The notes under the pieces: model-generated
Databases searched by the model: none
What the model was told of the DNA's origin: nothing
What the model saw: the letters and a program-made list of their open reading frames with translations, nothing else
In this document: positions 1-12,260 of the stretch, one piece after another
How positions within the stretch are numbered: the first letter of the stretch is position 1
Layout of the letters: the number at the start of each line of letters is the position of its first letter
Position numbers and translations under genes: made by a program
DNA from: Nitrospirota bacterium
Lineage (GTDB): Bacteria; Nitrospirota; UBA9217
Direction of reading: 5' to 3'
DNA length: 15,685 nucleotides
NCBI GenBank assembly: GCA_035623825.1
Contig: DASPSR010000046.1
Span: 1-15,685 of the forward strand

Positions 1-157
<157 letters not shown>

Positions 158-167
158 TTAACTACAA

Positions 168-2264
<2,097 letters not shown>

Positions 2265-2291
2265 TCCTACCTCCGCTTCAGCGTGAACACC

Positions 2292-2762
2292 TTACCATCG
2301 ATAGTGGGCGAAGGCTTTATTGGCCTCTGCCATTCTGTGTACGTCTTCTCGTTTCTTTACTGCCAAGCCGGTATTGTTCGATGCGTCAAGTATTTCCCCG
2401 GCGAGTTTTTCGACCATGGATTTCTCAGGCCTTTGCGATGCATAGAGCCTGAGCCAGCGATAGGCAAGTGAAAGCCTCCGGGGCTGCTTGACTTCGACAG
2501 GAACCTGATATGATGCGCCTCCCACCCGGCGGGATTTCACCTCGATGGTGGGTTTCACGTTCTCCACGGCCTTCTTGAATATGGCAATGGGATCGCCCTT
2601 TGTCTTTTCTTGGATACGGTCCAACGCCTTGTAGCAAATTGCTTCCGCCGTGCTCTTCTTCCCCTTGCGCATGAGCACGTTTACGAACTTTGCCAGCATT
2701 TTGCTGTTATACTTTGGATCCGGCAACGCTTCTCTTTTTACAACGACGCTTTTTCTCGGCAT
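2292..2762 (-). CDS. rpsG: 30S ribosomal protein S7
   Basis: 156 aa. [15 protein letters not shown] hairpin and C-terminal [13 protein letters not shown]. Confidence 0.99.
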   Translation of the reverse strand: MPRKSVVVKREALPDPKYNSKMLAKFVNVLMRKGKKSTAEAICYKALDRIQEKTKGDPIAIFKKAVENVKPTIEVKSRRVGGASYQVPVEVKQPRRLSLAYRWLRLYASQRPEKSMVEKLAGEILDASNNTGLAVKKREDVHRMAEANKAFAHYRW

Positions 2763-2815
2763 AGTGTTCCTTCAGCATTTGGGCGCCTGATTCGGCACCG
2801 CATTACCCCCCGCGA

Positions 2816-3187
2816 CTATTTCGGCCTCTTCGCACCATATTTGGAGCGACCCTGTTTACGATTAGCAACGCCAACGGTATCCAGCGTACCCCTCACAATG
2901 TGATAACGCACGCCCGGAAGGTCCTTCACCCTCCCACCGCGTATGAGCACAATGGAGTGTTCCTGAAGGTTATGTCCCACCCCCGGGATGTAGGTGGTAA
3001 CCTCCATTCCATTCGTGAGCCTCACCCTCGCAACTTTCCGAAGAGCTGAGTTCGGTTTCTTCGGCGTCGTGGTATACACTCTGATGCAGACACCCCTCTT
3101 CTGCGGACAACTCCTGAGCGCGGGGCTTTTCGTTTTGCTTGCGGCCAAAGACCTGCCTTTTCTTACAAGTTGGCTAATTGTCGGCAC
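2816..3187 (-). CDS. rpsL: 30S ribosomal protein S12
   Basis: 123 aa. [23 protein letters not shown] and [12 protein letters not shown] motifs. GTG start, with AGGAG at 3196-3200. Confidence 0.99.
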   Translation of the reverse strand: MPTISQLVRKGRSLAASKTKSPALRSCPQKRGVCIRVYTTTPKKPNSALRKVARVRLTNGMEVTTYIPGVGHNLQEHSIVLIRGGRVKDLPGVRYHIVRGTLDTVGVANRKQGRSKYGAKRPK

Positions 3188-3250
3188 GTGAATTACTCCT
3201 TAAAAACATGTACATAGCAATTTAAAGAAACGTTGAGTCAAAACCCAATG

Positions 3251-3300
3251 ATTATATCTTTACGACCCCGCATTGTCAAGTTTTTTTTAATATTAAAAAA
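3251..3300 (-). promoter_or_regulatory. Sigma70-type promoter of the str operon (rpsL-rpsG-fusA-tuf) with AT-rich UP-like element
   Basis: On the minus strand, TTGACA (3279-3274), a 17 nt spacer and TATAAT (3256-3251) match the consensus perfectly. A pure A/T tract at 3281-3300 lies just upstream. The -10 box is 63 nt upstream of the rpsL start codon. Confidence 0.93.
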
Positions 3301-3412
3301 GCTTCTCACTTTGGAGCGTCCCGGGCAGGACCGCTCCTCTCATCGAACATCGCAGCTTCTCCGTTGCATTGAGCCGTCTCTCGATTACGTCGTCGACTCA
3401 AGTGCAAATCGA

Positions 3413-6400
3413 TCATGTTGATGCTGTCTCCTCCTCTTCCACCTCAACATAGGTATTCCGGTATTCGGTCATACCGGTTCCAGCAGGGATCAGTCTCCCC
3501 ATGATCACGTTCTCTTTTAATCCCACCAGATCGTCCACCGCTCCAGTGATCGCGGCCTCCGTGAGAACCCGGGTTGTCTCCTGGAACGACGCCGCTGAAA
3601 TGAAGCTATCCGTGGTGAGCGATGCCTTGGTGATGCCGAGGAGGATTGGCCGTGCCGTAGCCGGTCTTCCGCCCTTGGCGATTGCCGCCTCATTTTCCTT
3701 TCCGAAGGCAAAGCGGTCGACCTGCTCTCCAATAAGGAAAGATGTGTCGCCAGCATCCTCTATCCTGACCTTGCGCAGCATCTGCCGGACGATGACTTCT
3801 ATGTGTTTGTCATTTATGCTCACACCCTGCAGTCGGTAGACCTGCTGCACCTCGTCCACGAGGTATTTCTGGAGTTCTTTGGGCCCGAGCACGTTGAGGA
3901 TATCATGAGGGTCGACCGGGCCGTCCATAAGCGGTTCGCCGGCTGTCACCCAATCTCCTTCGTGCACGTTCACGTGCTTGCCCTTGGGGATGAGGTATTC
4001 TTTCTCGTTCCCCATGCCGTCCTTTACAAGGATACGGCGCATGCCCTTCACGAACCCGCCGAACTCCACGGTCCCGTCGATCTCGCTTATGATCGCCTGT
4101 TCTTTTGGTTTCCGCGCCTCGAAGAGTTCAGCCACCCTCGGGAGACCTCCCGTGATATCCTTGGTCTTCGTGGTCTCGCGCGGGATCTTAACCAGGATAT
4201 CCCCGGGGAACACCTCATCTCCCTTGTCAACAAGGATGTGCGCTCCCGCAGGCAGGAGGTACCGCGCAACCACGTTCGAGCCCGGCAGCCTGGCGGTCTT
4301 GCCATGCTGATCCTTGATCGAGATCCTCGGCCGGAGGTTCTGGTTCGGATAATCTATGATCACCTTACGCGACAGGCCGGTGACCTCGTCCACTTCCTCG
4401 CGCATAGTGACGCCTTCGATGATATCGCCGAAGGCGATCTTCCCGCCAATCTCGGTGAGTATCGGCAAAGAATAGGGGTCCCATTCCACGAGCTTCTGCC
4501 CGACGTCCACTTTCTGGCCGTCCTGCACCTTGAGCCTGGCGCCGTAGATGATGGCATACTTCTCTTTCTCGCGTCCGGTTTCGTCGTAAAGGGCGATGCT
4601 CCCGCTTCGCGACATGGCGACATAATCCCCTTCTTTGTTCTTCACCGTGTTAAGGTTAATGTACTTCATGGTGCCGGCGTTCTTGGCCTCGAGCACCGTC
4701 TGCTCGACCACCTTGCTCGCTGTACCGCCGATATGAAAGGTTCTCATGGTCAGCTGCGTGCCGGGCTCACCGATGGACTGAGCGGCAATGATGCCGATCG
4801 CCTCGCCGATGTCCACAAGCTTGCCGCGGCCGAGATCCCTTCCGTAGCACATCTTGCAGACGCCGCGCATGGATTGGCAGGTGAGAACCGAACGGATCTT
4901 GATGCGGTCGATGCCGGCCTCCTCGATCCTCTTGACCAGGTCTTCATTGATCTCGCGGCGTGTCCCGACGATTACCTCCTTGGTGATCGGGTCCTTGATG
5001 TCTTCTGCCGCAACGCGGCCGAGGATACGCTCAGACAGAGGCTCGATGATCTCGCCGCCTTCGACGAGCGACCCGACGATAATGCCATCGGTCGTGCCGC
5101 AGTCCTCCTGCGTTATGATCACATCCTGAGATACATCCACGAGCCTCCTCGTGAGGTAGCCGGAGTTGGCGGTTTTCAGCGCCGTGTCTGCGAGACCCTT
5201 GCGCGCACCATGCGTCGATATAAAGTATTGCAGCACCGTGAGCCCTTCGCGGAAGTTCGCTGTGATCGGGGTCTCGATGATCTCGCCTGAGGGCTTAGCC
5301 ATGAGGCCGCGCATGCCCGCAAGCTGCCGGATCTGCTGCGTGCTTCCACGCGCGCCCGAATCGGCCATCATGAAGATATTGTTGAAGGACCTCGCCTCCT
5401 GGAGCTCCGATTTCTTTCCGCCCCGGAGTTCGATTTCCTCCATGCCGAGTTCCGACATCATCTCGTCCGCGATCTTCTCCGTCACGTTTGCCCAGATGTC
5501 GATCTCCTTGTTATAGCGCTCGCCGTTCGTGATCAGACCCTCGGTGTACTGGTGATGAATCTCCATCACTTCTTTTTGAGCCTGGTCGATAAGCTTCTGC
5601 TTCTTGCTCGGGATATGCATGTCCGAGATGCAGATGGAGATGCCGGCACGCATGGCGAACTTGAATCCGATTTCCTTGAGGTCGTCAATGAGGACCACCG
5701 TCCTCCTTAAACCGAGCCTCCGATAACATTCGTCAATGAGTTTAGCGAGCTCCTTCTTGTTCATCTCCTTGTTGACCGAAGAAAAAGATATTCCTTCCGG
5801 CAGGATTTCGCTGAACAATACCCTTCCGATGGTGGTCTCCTCGATCTTGCCGTTCATACGAACCCTGACGCGCGCATGGATATCGGCCATGCGTTGGTCA
5901 TAGGCGATTCGCACTTCATCCCTGCCGGAGAAGACCTTGCCCTCTCCGAGGACGCCGGAGCGCGCTTTCGTAAGATAGTAGCACCCAAGCACAATATCCT
6001 GCGATGGAACCGTGATCGGCCTCCCGTTCGCCGGCGAGAGGACATTGTTAATGGAGAGCATGAGCACTCTTGCCTCGAGCTGCGCCTCAACAGAGAGGGG
6101 GATGTGCACTGCCATCTGGTCGCCGTCGAAGTCCGCGTTGAACGCGGCGCAAACGAGCGGGTGCAGCCGTATAGCCTTGCCTTCCACGAGCACCGGGTCG
6201 AAGGCCTGAATGCCGAGCCGGTGGAGCGTGGGGGCGCGGTTCAGCAGCACAGGATGTTCCTGAATCACCTCTTCAAGCACATCCCATACTTCGGGACGCT
6301 CGCGTTCTATCATCTTCTTCGCGCTCTTGATCGTTGTGGCGTAGCCCTTTTCCTCAAGCTTGTTGAAAATGAATGGTTTGAACAGTTCGAGGGCCATTTT

Positions 6401-7543
6401 CTTCGGCAGACCGCACTGGTGAAGCTTCAGGTCCGGGCCGACCACGATCACCGAACGGCCGGAGTAATCCACGCGTTTTCCGAGCAGGTTCTGGCGGAAA
6501 CGCCCCTGCTTTCCCTTAAGCATGTCGGAGAGGGACTTGAGCGGCCGCTTGTTCGGACCGCGCAGTACCCGTCCGCGACGCCCATTGTCGAAGAGCGCGT
6601 CGACCGCCTCTTGCAGCATCCGTTTCTCATTCCGTATGATGACTGACGGAGCTTTTAGTTCCTCGAGCCGGCGAAGCCTGTTGTTCCTGTTGATCACCCT
6701 CCGATAGAGGTCGTTCAGATCGGAGGTTGCAAACCTCCCGCCTTCGAGCGGAACGAGCGGCCGCAGTTCCGGAGGTATTACCGGGATCACGTCAAGGATC
6801 ATCCACTCCGGCTTATTGCCGGATTTGCGGAGCGACTCTATCACCTTAAGCCGCTTCGTAAGCTTCTTCTTTGTGGCCATGGAAGTGGCAGTCTCAATCT
6901 TCTTGCGGATCTCGTCAGATTCCACTTCCAGGTCGATGGCTTTGAGCATTTCCCTGATCGATTCGGCGCCCATTCCCGCTTTAAATGCGCTGGAGCCATA
7001 CTCGATCTGCGTCTTGCGGAACTTTTCCTCGGTCAGCAGTTCCTTCTGTTTGAACGGCGTATCCCCGGGGTCAGTCACAACGTAATTTTCGAAATAGAGA
7101 ACTTTTTCGAGCTGTCGGAGCGTCATGTCAAGAAGGGTGCCGATGCGGCTCGGCAGTCCCTTGAGAAACCAGATGTGGGCGACAGGCGAAGAAAGCTCGA
7201 TGTGCCCCATGCGCTCCCTCCGGACCTTGGATTGGATCACCTCGACACCGCATTTGTCACACACGATGCCGCGGTGCTTCATGCGTTTGTACTTTCCGCA
7301 GAGGCATTCCCAATCTTTTATCGGACCGAATATCTTTGCGCAGAAAAGACCGTCCCGCTCCGGCTTGAACGAACGGTAATTGATGGTCTCCGGCTTCTTC
7401 ACCTCGCCAAACGACCACTCCTTGATGCGTTCGGGAGATGCGATCTTTATCCGCATTGCGTCAAAACTGATGTCTTTCGGCTTATCGAACAAGCTCATGA
7501 CATCCGTTCTGGCCTTGTTTTCTGTCATTCTTTTATCTTCCAC
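3413..7543 (-). CDS. rpoC: DNA-directed RNA polymerase subunit beta'
   Basis: 1376 aa. Catalytic NADFDGD (6119-6139), N-terminal zinc finger CLCGKY...CDKC, bridge helix [24 protein letters not shown] and trigger loop [13 protein letters not shown]. The GTG start at 7543 has GGAGGT just upstream. Downstream ATGs at 7528 and 7498 lack a clear SD. Confidence 0.99.
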   Translation of the reverse strand: MEDKRMTENKARTDVMSLFDKPKDISFDAMRIKIASPERIKEWSFGEVKKPETINYRSFKPERDGLFCAKIFGPIKDWECLCGKYKRMKHRGIVCDKCGVEVIQSKVRRERMGHIELSSPVAHIWFLKGLPSRIGTLLDMTLRQLEKVLYFENYVVTDPGDTPFKQKELLTEEKFRKTQIEYGSSAFKAGMGAESIREMLKAIDLEVESDEIRKKIETATSMATKKKLTKRLKVIESLRKSGNKPEWMILDVIPVIPPELRPLVPLEGGRFATSDLNDLYRRVINRNNRLRRLEELKAPSVIIRNEKRMLQEAVDALFDNGRRGRVLRGPNKRPLKSLSDMLKGKQGRFRQNLLGKRVDYSGRSVIVVGPDLKLHQCGLPKKMALELFKPFIFNKLEEKGYATTIKSAKKMIERERPEVWDVLEEVIQEHPVLLNRAPTLHRLGIQAFDPVLVEGKAIRLHPLVCAAFNADFDGDQMAVHIPLSVEAQLEARVLMLSINNVLSPANGRPITVPSQDIVLGCYYLTKARSGVLGEGKVFSGRDEVRIAYDQRMADIHARVRVRMNGKIEETTIGRVLFSEILPEGISFSSVNKEMNKKELAKLIDECYRRLGLRRTVVLIDDLKEIGFKFAMRAGISICISDMHIPSKKQKLIDQAQKEVMEIHHQYTEGLITNGERYNKEIDIWANVTEKIADEMMSELGMEEIELRGGKKSELQEARSFNNIFMMADSGARGSTQQIRQLAGMRGLMAKPSGEIIETPITANFREGLTVLQYFISTHGARKGLADTALKTANSGYLTRRLVDVSQDVIITQEDCGTTDGIIVGSLVEGGEIIEPLSERILGRVAAEDIKDPITKEVIVGTRREINEDLVKRIEEAGIDRIKIRSVLTCQSMRGVCKMCYGRDLGRGKLVDIGEAIGIIAAQSIGEPGTQLTMRTFHIGGTASKVVEQTVLEAKNAGTMKYINLNTVKNKEGDYVAMSRSGSIALYDETGREKEKYAIIYGARLKVQDGQKVDVGQKLVEWDPYSLPILTEIGGKIAFGDIIEGVTMREEVDEVTGLSRKVIIDYPNQNLRPRISIKDQHGKTARLPGSNVVARYLLPAGAHILVDKGDEVFPGDILVKIPRETTKTKDITGGLPRVAELFEARKPKEQAIISEIDGTVEFGGFVKGMRRILVKDGMGNEKEYLIPKGKHVNVHEGDWVTAGEPLMDGPVDPHDILNVLGPKELQKYLVDEVQQVYRLQGVSINDKHIEVIVRQMLRKVRIEDAGDTSFLIGEQVDRFAFGKENEAAIAKGGRPATARPILLGITKASLTTDSFISAASFQETTRVLTEAAITGAVDDLVGLKENVIMGRLIPAGTGMTEYRNTYVEVEEEETAST

Positions 7544-7628
7544 AGCGAACCTCCATAGGAGAGGGCAGCGCCCTCATGACCCTGAGCAGTAATCAACAAT
7601 GGATGCATAACCGACAGCGGCACGATTG

Positions 7629-10600
7629 CTACCGTGCGGATGATATCTTCTCGAGCTCTATCACCCGTTCCTTTTCGTGCTTACGCTCGATGAGCTCCAC
7701 GTCCAGACACAGACTCTGCAGTTCCTTGATGAGAACATAGAACGATTCTGGCAAGCCCGGTTCGAGCGCGTGCTCACCCTTCACGATCGCCTCGTAGATC
7801 TTTGCCCTTCCCGATACGTCATCGGACTTGACCGTTAGGAACTCCTGGAGACAGTAAGCCGCACCGTAGGCCTGCAGCGCCCAGACCTCCATTTCGCCGA
7901 GGCGCTGCCCGCCGAATTGTGCCTTGCCTCCGAGCGGCTGCTGCGTTACCAGTGAGTAGGGGCCAATGGAACGTGCATGCAGTTTGTCGTCAACGAGGTG
8001 ATGGAGCTTGAGCATGTACATGTAACCGACGGTTACCGGTTTGTCAAATGGCTCGCCGGTGCGGCCGTCGTACAGCATGGACTGCCCCGTAACCGGGAGT
8101 TTTGCCTCTTTCAGCAGGCCGCGGACGCGCTCCTCGGATGCGCCGTCGAACACGGGCGTGGCAACGTGCAGGTCGAGCACTTTCGCTGCCCAGCCCAGGT
8201 GGGTCTCGAGTATCTGGCCCACGTTCATACGGGAAGGTACGCCGAGCGGATTCAGCACGATTTCGACTGGTGTCCCGTCGGGCAGATACGGCATGTCCTC
8301 CTCGGGGACGATCCTCGAGACGACGCCCTTGTTCCCATGCCGTCCCGCCATCTTGTCGCCGACGGAGAGCTTGCGTTTCATAGCCACATAAACCTTGACG
8401 AGTTTCACCACACCGGGCGGGAGATCATCTCCGCGCTTCAGCCTGCCGATCTTCTCGTCATAGATGGTCTCCAGAATATTGAGCTGATTTTCCGAGCTGT
8501 CCAAGATTTCCTGCAGCTTGGCCGGATACTCAGCGGAATCCACCTTGATCTTGGCAAGGTCTTTCTCCGGCATTTTATCGAGAATTTCACCCGAGATCTT
8601 CTTTCCCTTGGCCAGTTCGGTCTTGCCGGTCTTCGAATTTACTACTTTGTCGGCAGCGGTCTTCCCGATCAGCAGCCTCCTGATACGCTTGTATTTGTCT
8701 TCTTTTACGGCACGAACTTCGTCCTGATATTCCTTCTGTAGCCTCGCTATTTCCTCGCTCTCTTGGGTCTTCAGGCGCTCGTTTTTGTCCTCGCCCTTGC
8801 GGGAGAAGACCTTCACGTCGATCACCGTTCCTTCAATGCCGGGTGGCGCGTAGAGGGATGCATCGCGCACATCGCCCGCCTTTTCTCCGAATATCGCGCG
8901 CAGGAGCTTCTCCTCTGGCGTGAGCTGGGTCTCGCCCTTGGGTGTCACCTTGCCGATGAGGATGTCTCCCGGCATGACCTCAGCGCCTATACGGATGATG
9001 CCGTTCTCATCCAGATTCCTGAGCGTCTCCTCGCCGAGATTCGGGATGTCGCGGGTGATCTCTTCCTTCCCGAGCTTGGTGTCCCGGGCTTCGATCTCGA
9101 ACTCCTCAATATGGATTGAGGTGTAACGGTCTTCTTTCACGAGCTTTTCACTGATGATGATCGCGTCCTCGTAATTGTATCCGCTCCAGGGCATGAAGGC
9201 CACGAGCACGTTCTGGCCGAGCGCGAGCTCACCAAGGTCCGTTGCCGGTCCGTCGGCGACCACCTGGCCTTTCTTAACCTTGTCACCCATGCGCACGATC
9301 GGTTTCTGGTTCATGCAGGTGTTCTGGTTAGAGCGGTAGAACTTGGTGAGCGGATAGGTATCGATGACCGTCCTGCCCTTGGCGTCCTCGCCTTTGACCG
9401 TGATGCGAGTCGAATCCACTGACTCCACCATGCCGTCACGCCTGCTCGAGACTATAGCTCCGGAGTCCCTGGCAGCGACCCGCTCCATGCCCGTGCCGAC
9501 AACGGGTGCTTGCGGTCGAAGCAGCGGCACTGCTTGGCGCTGCATATTCGACCCCATGAGCGCTCTGTTCGCGTCGTCGTTCTCGAGGAACGGAATGAGC
9601 GCCGCGGAAACGGAGACGATCTGTTTCGGAGAAACGTCCATGTACTGCACTTCTTCGGCGCTTACCAGTTTGAACTCGCCGCCTACACGCGCGGACACGC
9701 TGTCAACGGCGATTTTGCCGCGGCCGTCAACCGGCGTATTGGCTTGGGCTATCACATAGTTCTCGCCGTCAACGGCCGAAAGGTACTCGATCTCGTCCGA
9801 AACCTTCCCTGCCTTGACCTTCCGATACGGGGCCTCAATGAAACCGTAGTCGTTCACCCGGGCGTATGTCGCCAGGGAGACGATGAGACCGATATTCGGA
9901 CCTTCCGGGGTCTCAATCGGGCAGATCCTGCCGTAATGGGTGGTATGGACATCGCGAACCTCGAACCCCGCACGTTCTCTCGTGAGACCGCCGGGACCCA
10001 GGGCAGAGAGCCTCCTCTTGTGCGTGATCTCGGCAAGCGGATTTGTTTGGTCCATGAACTGGGAAAGCTGGCTCGACCCGAAGAATTCCTTTATTGCGGC
10101 GATCACCGGCTTTGGATTGATGATGTCGTGCGGCATGAGCGCATCAATATCCTGGAGGCTCATACGTTCCTTGATGGCGCGTTCCATCCGCGCGAGGCCG
10201 ATACGGATCTGGTTCTCGAGAAGCTCGCCCACCGAGCGCACCCTTCGGTTTCCGAGATGATCGATATCGTCCACCTCACCCCTGCCCGTACGCAGGTTGA
10301 CGAGGTAACGGATCACCTCAACTACATCTTGTGCGGTCAGCGTGGTCTTCTCGATCGGGATGTCAAGCTTGAGCTTCTTATTGAGCTTCAGTCTGCCCAC
10401 GGACGATAGGTCGTACCGCTTGGCGTTAAAGAACATCCCCGAAAAGAGGTTCCGCGCCATCTCGATCGTTGGCGGCTCTCCCGGCCGCATCTTCCGGTAT
10501 ATCTCCAAAAGGGCTTCGTCAGAGGACTGCACTTTATCGGAAAGCAACGTATCGCGTATGGCAGAGATAACGTGGATGCCGTCCATGTAAATCACTTCCA

Positions 10601-11621
10601 TCTTCTCCACTTTGGTGGTCGAGACTTTGTTCAGGAAGGTTTCGGAGATTTTCTCATTCGCCGGCAGGAGCACCTCGCCCGTTTCCGGATCGATAACGTC
10701 ACGGAGCACTACACGGTCAAGAAGCTCTTCTCGTGGAATGGGAATCTCCGCAATCCCGGCTGACTCCATCTTCTTGATGGCCACGCGAGTGATCTTTGCG
10801 CCTTCCTTGACTATCACCTCGCGGGTTGACTTGTCGGTGATCGTGATCGGCGCTTTCAGGCCGGTGAGCACGTCGGCATGGATACCACGCATAAAACCGT
10901 CTTTCGTGATCCTGATATCTTCGATGGGGTAGTACATTCGGAGGAGATCCTCGTTTGAATATCCGAACGACTTGAGGAGGATGGTGGCCGGGATCTTCCT
11001 CCGGCGGTCGATCCTCACGTACACGATGTCCTTGACATCGAATTCGAAGTCCAACCACGAGCCACGGTAGGGGATGATTCTGGCGGAATAGAGGATTTTG
11101 CCGCTAGCGTGGGTCCTGCCCTTGTCATGCGTAAAGAACGCACCGGGGGAGCGGTGAAGCTGGCTTACCACTACGCGCTCGGTCCCGTTCACGATGAACG
11201 TGCCCGTATCGGTCATGAGCGGGAGGTCGCCGACATACACCTCCTGCTCCTTGATGTCCTTTACTCGCTTGGTAGCGGTCTGCTCATCCTTCTCGAAAAA
11301 CACGAGCCGTGTCTTGACCTTGAGCGGTGCGGCGTACGTGGCTCCGCGCTGCAGACACTCCCAGATGCTGTACTTGGGGTCCCCGAGCGAATATCCGAGG
11401 TAGTCCACCATCGCAGTTTCATTAAAATCGTATATGGGGAACACGCTTTTGAACGCCGCCTGGAGCCCCATGTCCTTTCTTTTGTCTGTTGCGAGATCTT
11501 TCTGGAGAAAGTAATCATATGACCTTTTCTGGATCTCGATCAGATCGGGGATCTCCAGGATCGTGGGAATCCTGGAAAAATCTTTCCTCACGCGGACAAG
11601 TTCTCTTTTTTCCTTAGACAT
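7629..11621 (-). CDS. rpoB: DNA-directed RNA polymerase subunit beta
   Basis: 1330 aa. Rifampicin-pocket segment [33 protein letters not shown], plus [12 protein letters not shown] and [13 protein letters not shown] motifs. Confidence 0.99.
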   Translation of the reverse strand: MSKEKRELVRVRKDFSRIPTILEIPDLIEIQKRSYDYFLQKDLATDKRKDMGLQAAFKSVFPIYDFNETAMVDYLGYSLGDPKYSIWECLQRGATYAAPLKVKTRLVFFEKDEQTATKRVKDIKEQEVYVGDLPLMTDTGTFIVNGTERVVVSQLHRSPGAFFTHDKGRTHASGKILYSARIIPYRGSWLDFEFDVKDIVYVRIDRRRKIPATILLKSFGYSNEDLLRMYYPIEDIRITKDGFMRGIHADVLTGLKAPITITDKSTREVIVKEGAKITRVAIKKMESAGIAEIPIPREELLDRVVLRDVIDPETGEVLLPANEKISETFLNKVSTTKVEKMEVIYMDGIHVISAIRDTLLSDKVQSSDEALLEIYRKMRPGEPPTIEMARNLFSGMFFNAKRYDLSSVGRLKLNKKLKLDIPIEKTTLTAQDVVEVIRYLVNLRTGRGEVDDIDHLGNRRVRSVGELLENQIRIGLARMERAIKERMSLQDIDALMPHDIINPKPVIAAIKEFFGSSQLSQFMDQTNPLAEITHKRRLSALGPGGLTRERAGFEVRDVHTTHYGRICPIETPEGPNIGLIVSLATYARVNDYGFIEAPYRKVKAGKVSDEIEYLSAVDGENYVIAQANTPVDGRGKIAVDSVSARVGGEFKLVSAEEVQYMDVSPKQIVSVSAALIPFLENDDANRALMGSNMQRQAVPLLRPQAPVVGTGMERVAARDSGAIVSSRRDGMVESVDSTRITVKGEDAKGRTVIDTYPLTKFYRSNQNTCMNQKPIVRMGDKVKKGQVVADGPATDLGELALGQNVLVAFMPWSGYNYEDAIIISEKLVKEDRYTSIHIEEFEIEARDTKLGKEEITRDIPNLGEETLRNLDENGIIRIGAEVMPGDILIGKVTPKGETQLTPEEKLLRAIFGEKAGDVRDASLYAPPGIEGTVIDVKVFSRKGEDKNERLKTQESEEIARLQKEYQDEVRAVKEDKYKRIRRLLIGKTAADKVVNSKTGKTELAKGKKISGEILDKMPEKDLAKIKVDSAEYPAKLQEILDSSENQLNILETIYDEKIGRLKRGDDLPPGVVKLVKVYVAMKRKLSVGDKMAGRHGNKGVVSRIVPEEDMPYLPDGTPVEIVLNPLGVPSRMNVGQILETHLGWAAKVLDLHVATPVFDGASEERVRGLLKEAKLPVTGQSMLYDGRTGEPFDKPVTVGYMYMLKLHHLVDDKLHARSIGPYSLVTQQPLGGKAQFGGQRLGEMEVWALQAYGAAYCLQEFLTVKSDDVSGRAKIYEAIVKGEHALEPGLPESFYVLIKELQSLCLDVELIERKHEKERVIELEKISSAR

Positions 11622-11738
11622 TTTTGCACCCCTCTAAAAATGACCGGCCTCGTCTGGACACTTTGCGCCGGGCAATACAGCGTGTTGCATTAAAAACACG
11701 CGGCTACGCGGCATTTTCCCTGCGCTATCCATAAACGC

Positions 11739-11783
11739 AAAAAGTCCTCTGCCCTCCGGAACACGGCCGGAGGGCAAGGACTT
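11739..11783 (-). terminator. Intrinsic terminator/attenuator between rplL and rpoB
   Basis: mRNA reads AAGUCCU-U-GCCCUCCGG-(CCGUGUU loop)-CCGGAGGGC-AG-AGGAC-UUUUU. This is a 9 bp GC-rich stem with a lower extension, followed by a U tract, about 25 nt after the rplL stop. Confidence 0.8.
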
Positions 11784-11808
11784 GACAAATGCAGCTCGGA
11801 TTGCAATC

Positions 11809-12189
11809 TTACTTTACCTCGGTGGTCGCGCCTGCTTCGGTGAGCTTCTTCTTCATGGTCTCCGCCTCTTCCTTCGAAACGCCCGTTTTTACCGGTTTGG
11901 GAGCGCCTTCCACCAGGTCCTTTGCTTCTTTAAGACCAAGCCCTGTCAGTTCGCGCACAACTTTGATCACGTTGATCTTCTGAGCGCCTGCACTGGCTAG
12001 GATCACGTCGAATGCGGTTTTCTCTTCAGCTGCTGCCGCACCTGCACCACCCGCCGCGCCTACAGCAGCCACGGCCACAGGCGCCGCAGCCGATACGCCC
12101 CATTTCTCCTCGAGCATCTTGCTCAATTCTGCAGCTTCAAGAACGGTCAGCCCGCTCAGTTCATCAACCAGTTTTGCTAAATCTGCCAT
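11809..12189 (-). CDS. rplL: 50S ribosomal protein L7/L12
   Basis: 126 aa. Ala/Gly-rich hinge and [36 protein letters not shown] upstream. Confidence 0.99.
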   Translation of the reverse strand: MADLAKLVDELSGLTVLEAAELSKMLEEKWGVSAAAPVAVAAVGAAGGAGAAAAEEKTAFDVILASAGAQKINVIKVVRELTGLGLKEAKDLVEGAPKPVKTGVSKEEAETMKKKLTEAGATTEVK

Positions 12190-12230
12190 GTTTTCATTCC
12201 TCCTCGAATTTCAGAAACTTTATCCGAATT

Positions 12231-12253
12231 ACGCGCTCGCTGCACGAGCGCGT
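12231..12253. repeat. Perfect 9 bp inverted repeat (hairpin) in the rplJ-rplL spacer
   Basis: ACGCGCTCG-ctgca-CGAGCGCGT, 7 nt after the rplJ stop. No U tract follows on the sense strand. Confidence 0.7.
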
Positions 12254-12260
12254 TTACGAC

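Noticed and set aside
3233-3421. 62 aa plus-strand ORF in the rpoC-rpsL spacer
   Set aside because: TTG start with no SD. It runs antisense through the rpsL promoter and AT tract and does not resemble the L7Ae-family gene that Firmicutes have at this position.
3803-5290. 495 aa plus-strand ORF antisense to rpoC
   Set aside because: It is in codon register with rpoC on the opposite strand. Such shadows arise in GC-rich, codon-biased genes that avoid TTA/CTA/TCA. It has no recognisable motif and the composition is typical of an antisense translation.
9990-10090. Possible rifampicin-resistance substitutions in RpoB, and streptomycin-resistance changes in RpsL
   Set aside because: Residues equivalent to E. 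coli Q513, D516, H526 and S531 are wild type. Ala at the 522 equivalent is common in sensitive species such as Bacillus. The S12 PKKPNS and RVKDLPG motifs are also wild type.
5876-10409. Other long plus-strand ORFs antisense to rpoC/rpoB (5876-6646, 7977-8741, 9510-10409)
   Set aside because: Same shadow-frame explanation. They overlap essential genes completely and have no independent coding signal.
3413-11621. Inteins, introns, frameshifts, or split/fused rpoB-rpoC
   Set aside because: Both ORFs are continuous, of normal length and separated by an 85 nt spacer. The inserts fall at known lineage-specific insertion sites and lack splicing motifs.
11782-11815. Plus-strand TTGACA that could drive an antisense RNA into rplL
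   Set aside because: There is no acceptable -10 hexamer at 16-18 nt spacing (CAATCT/AATCTT), and the TT is part of the terminator stem.
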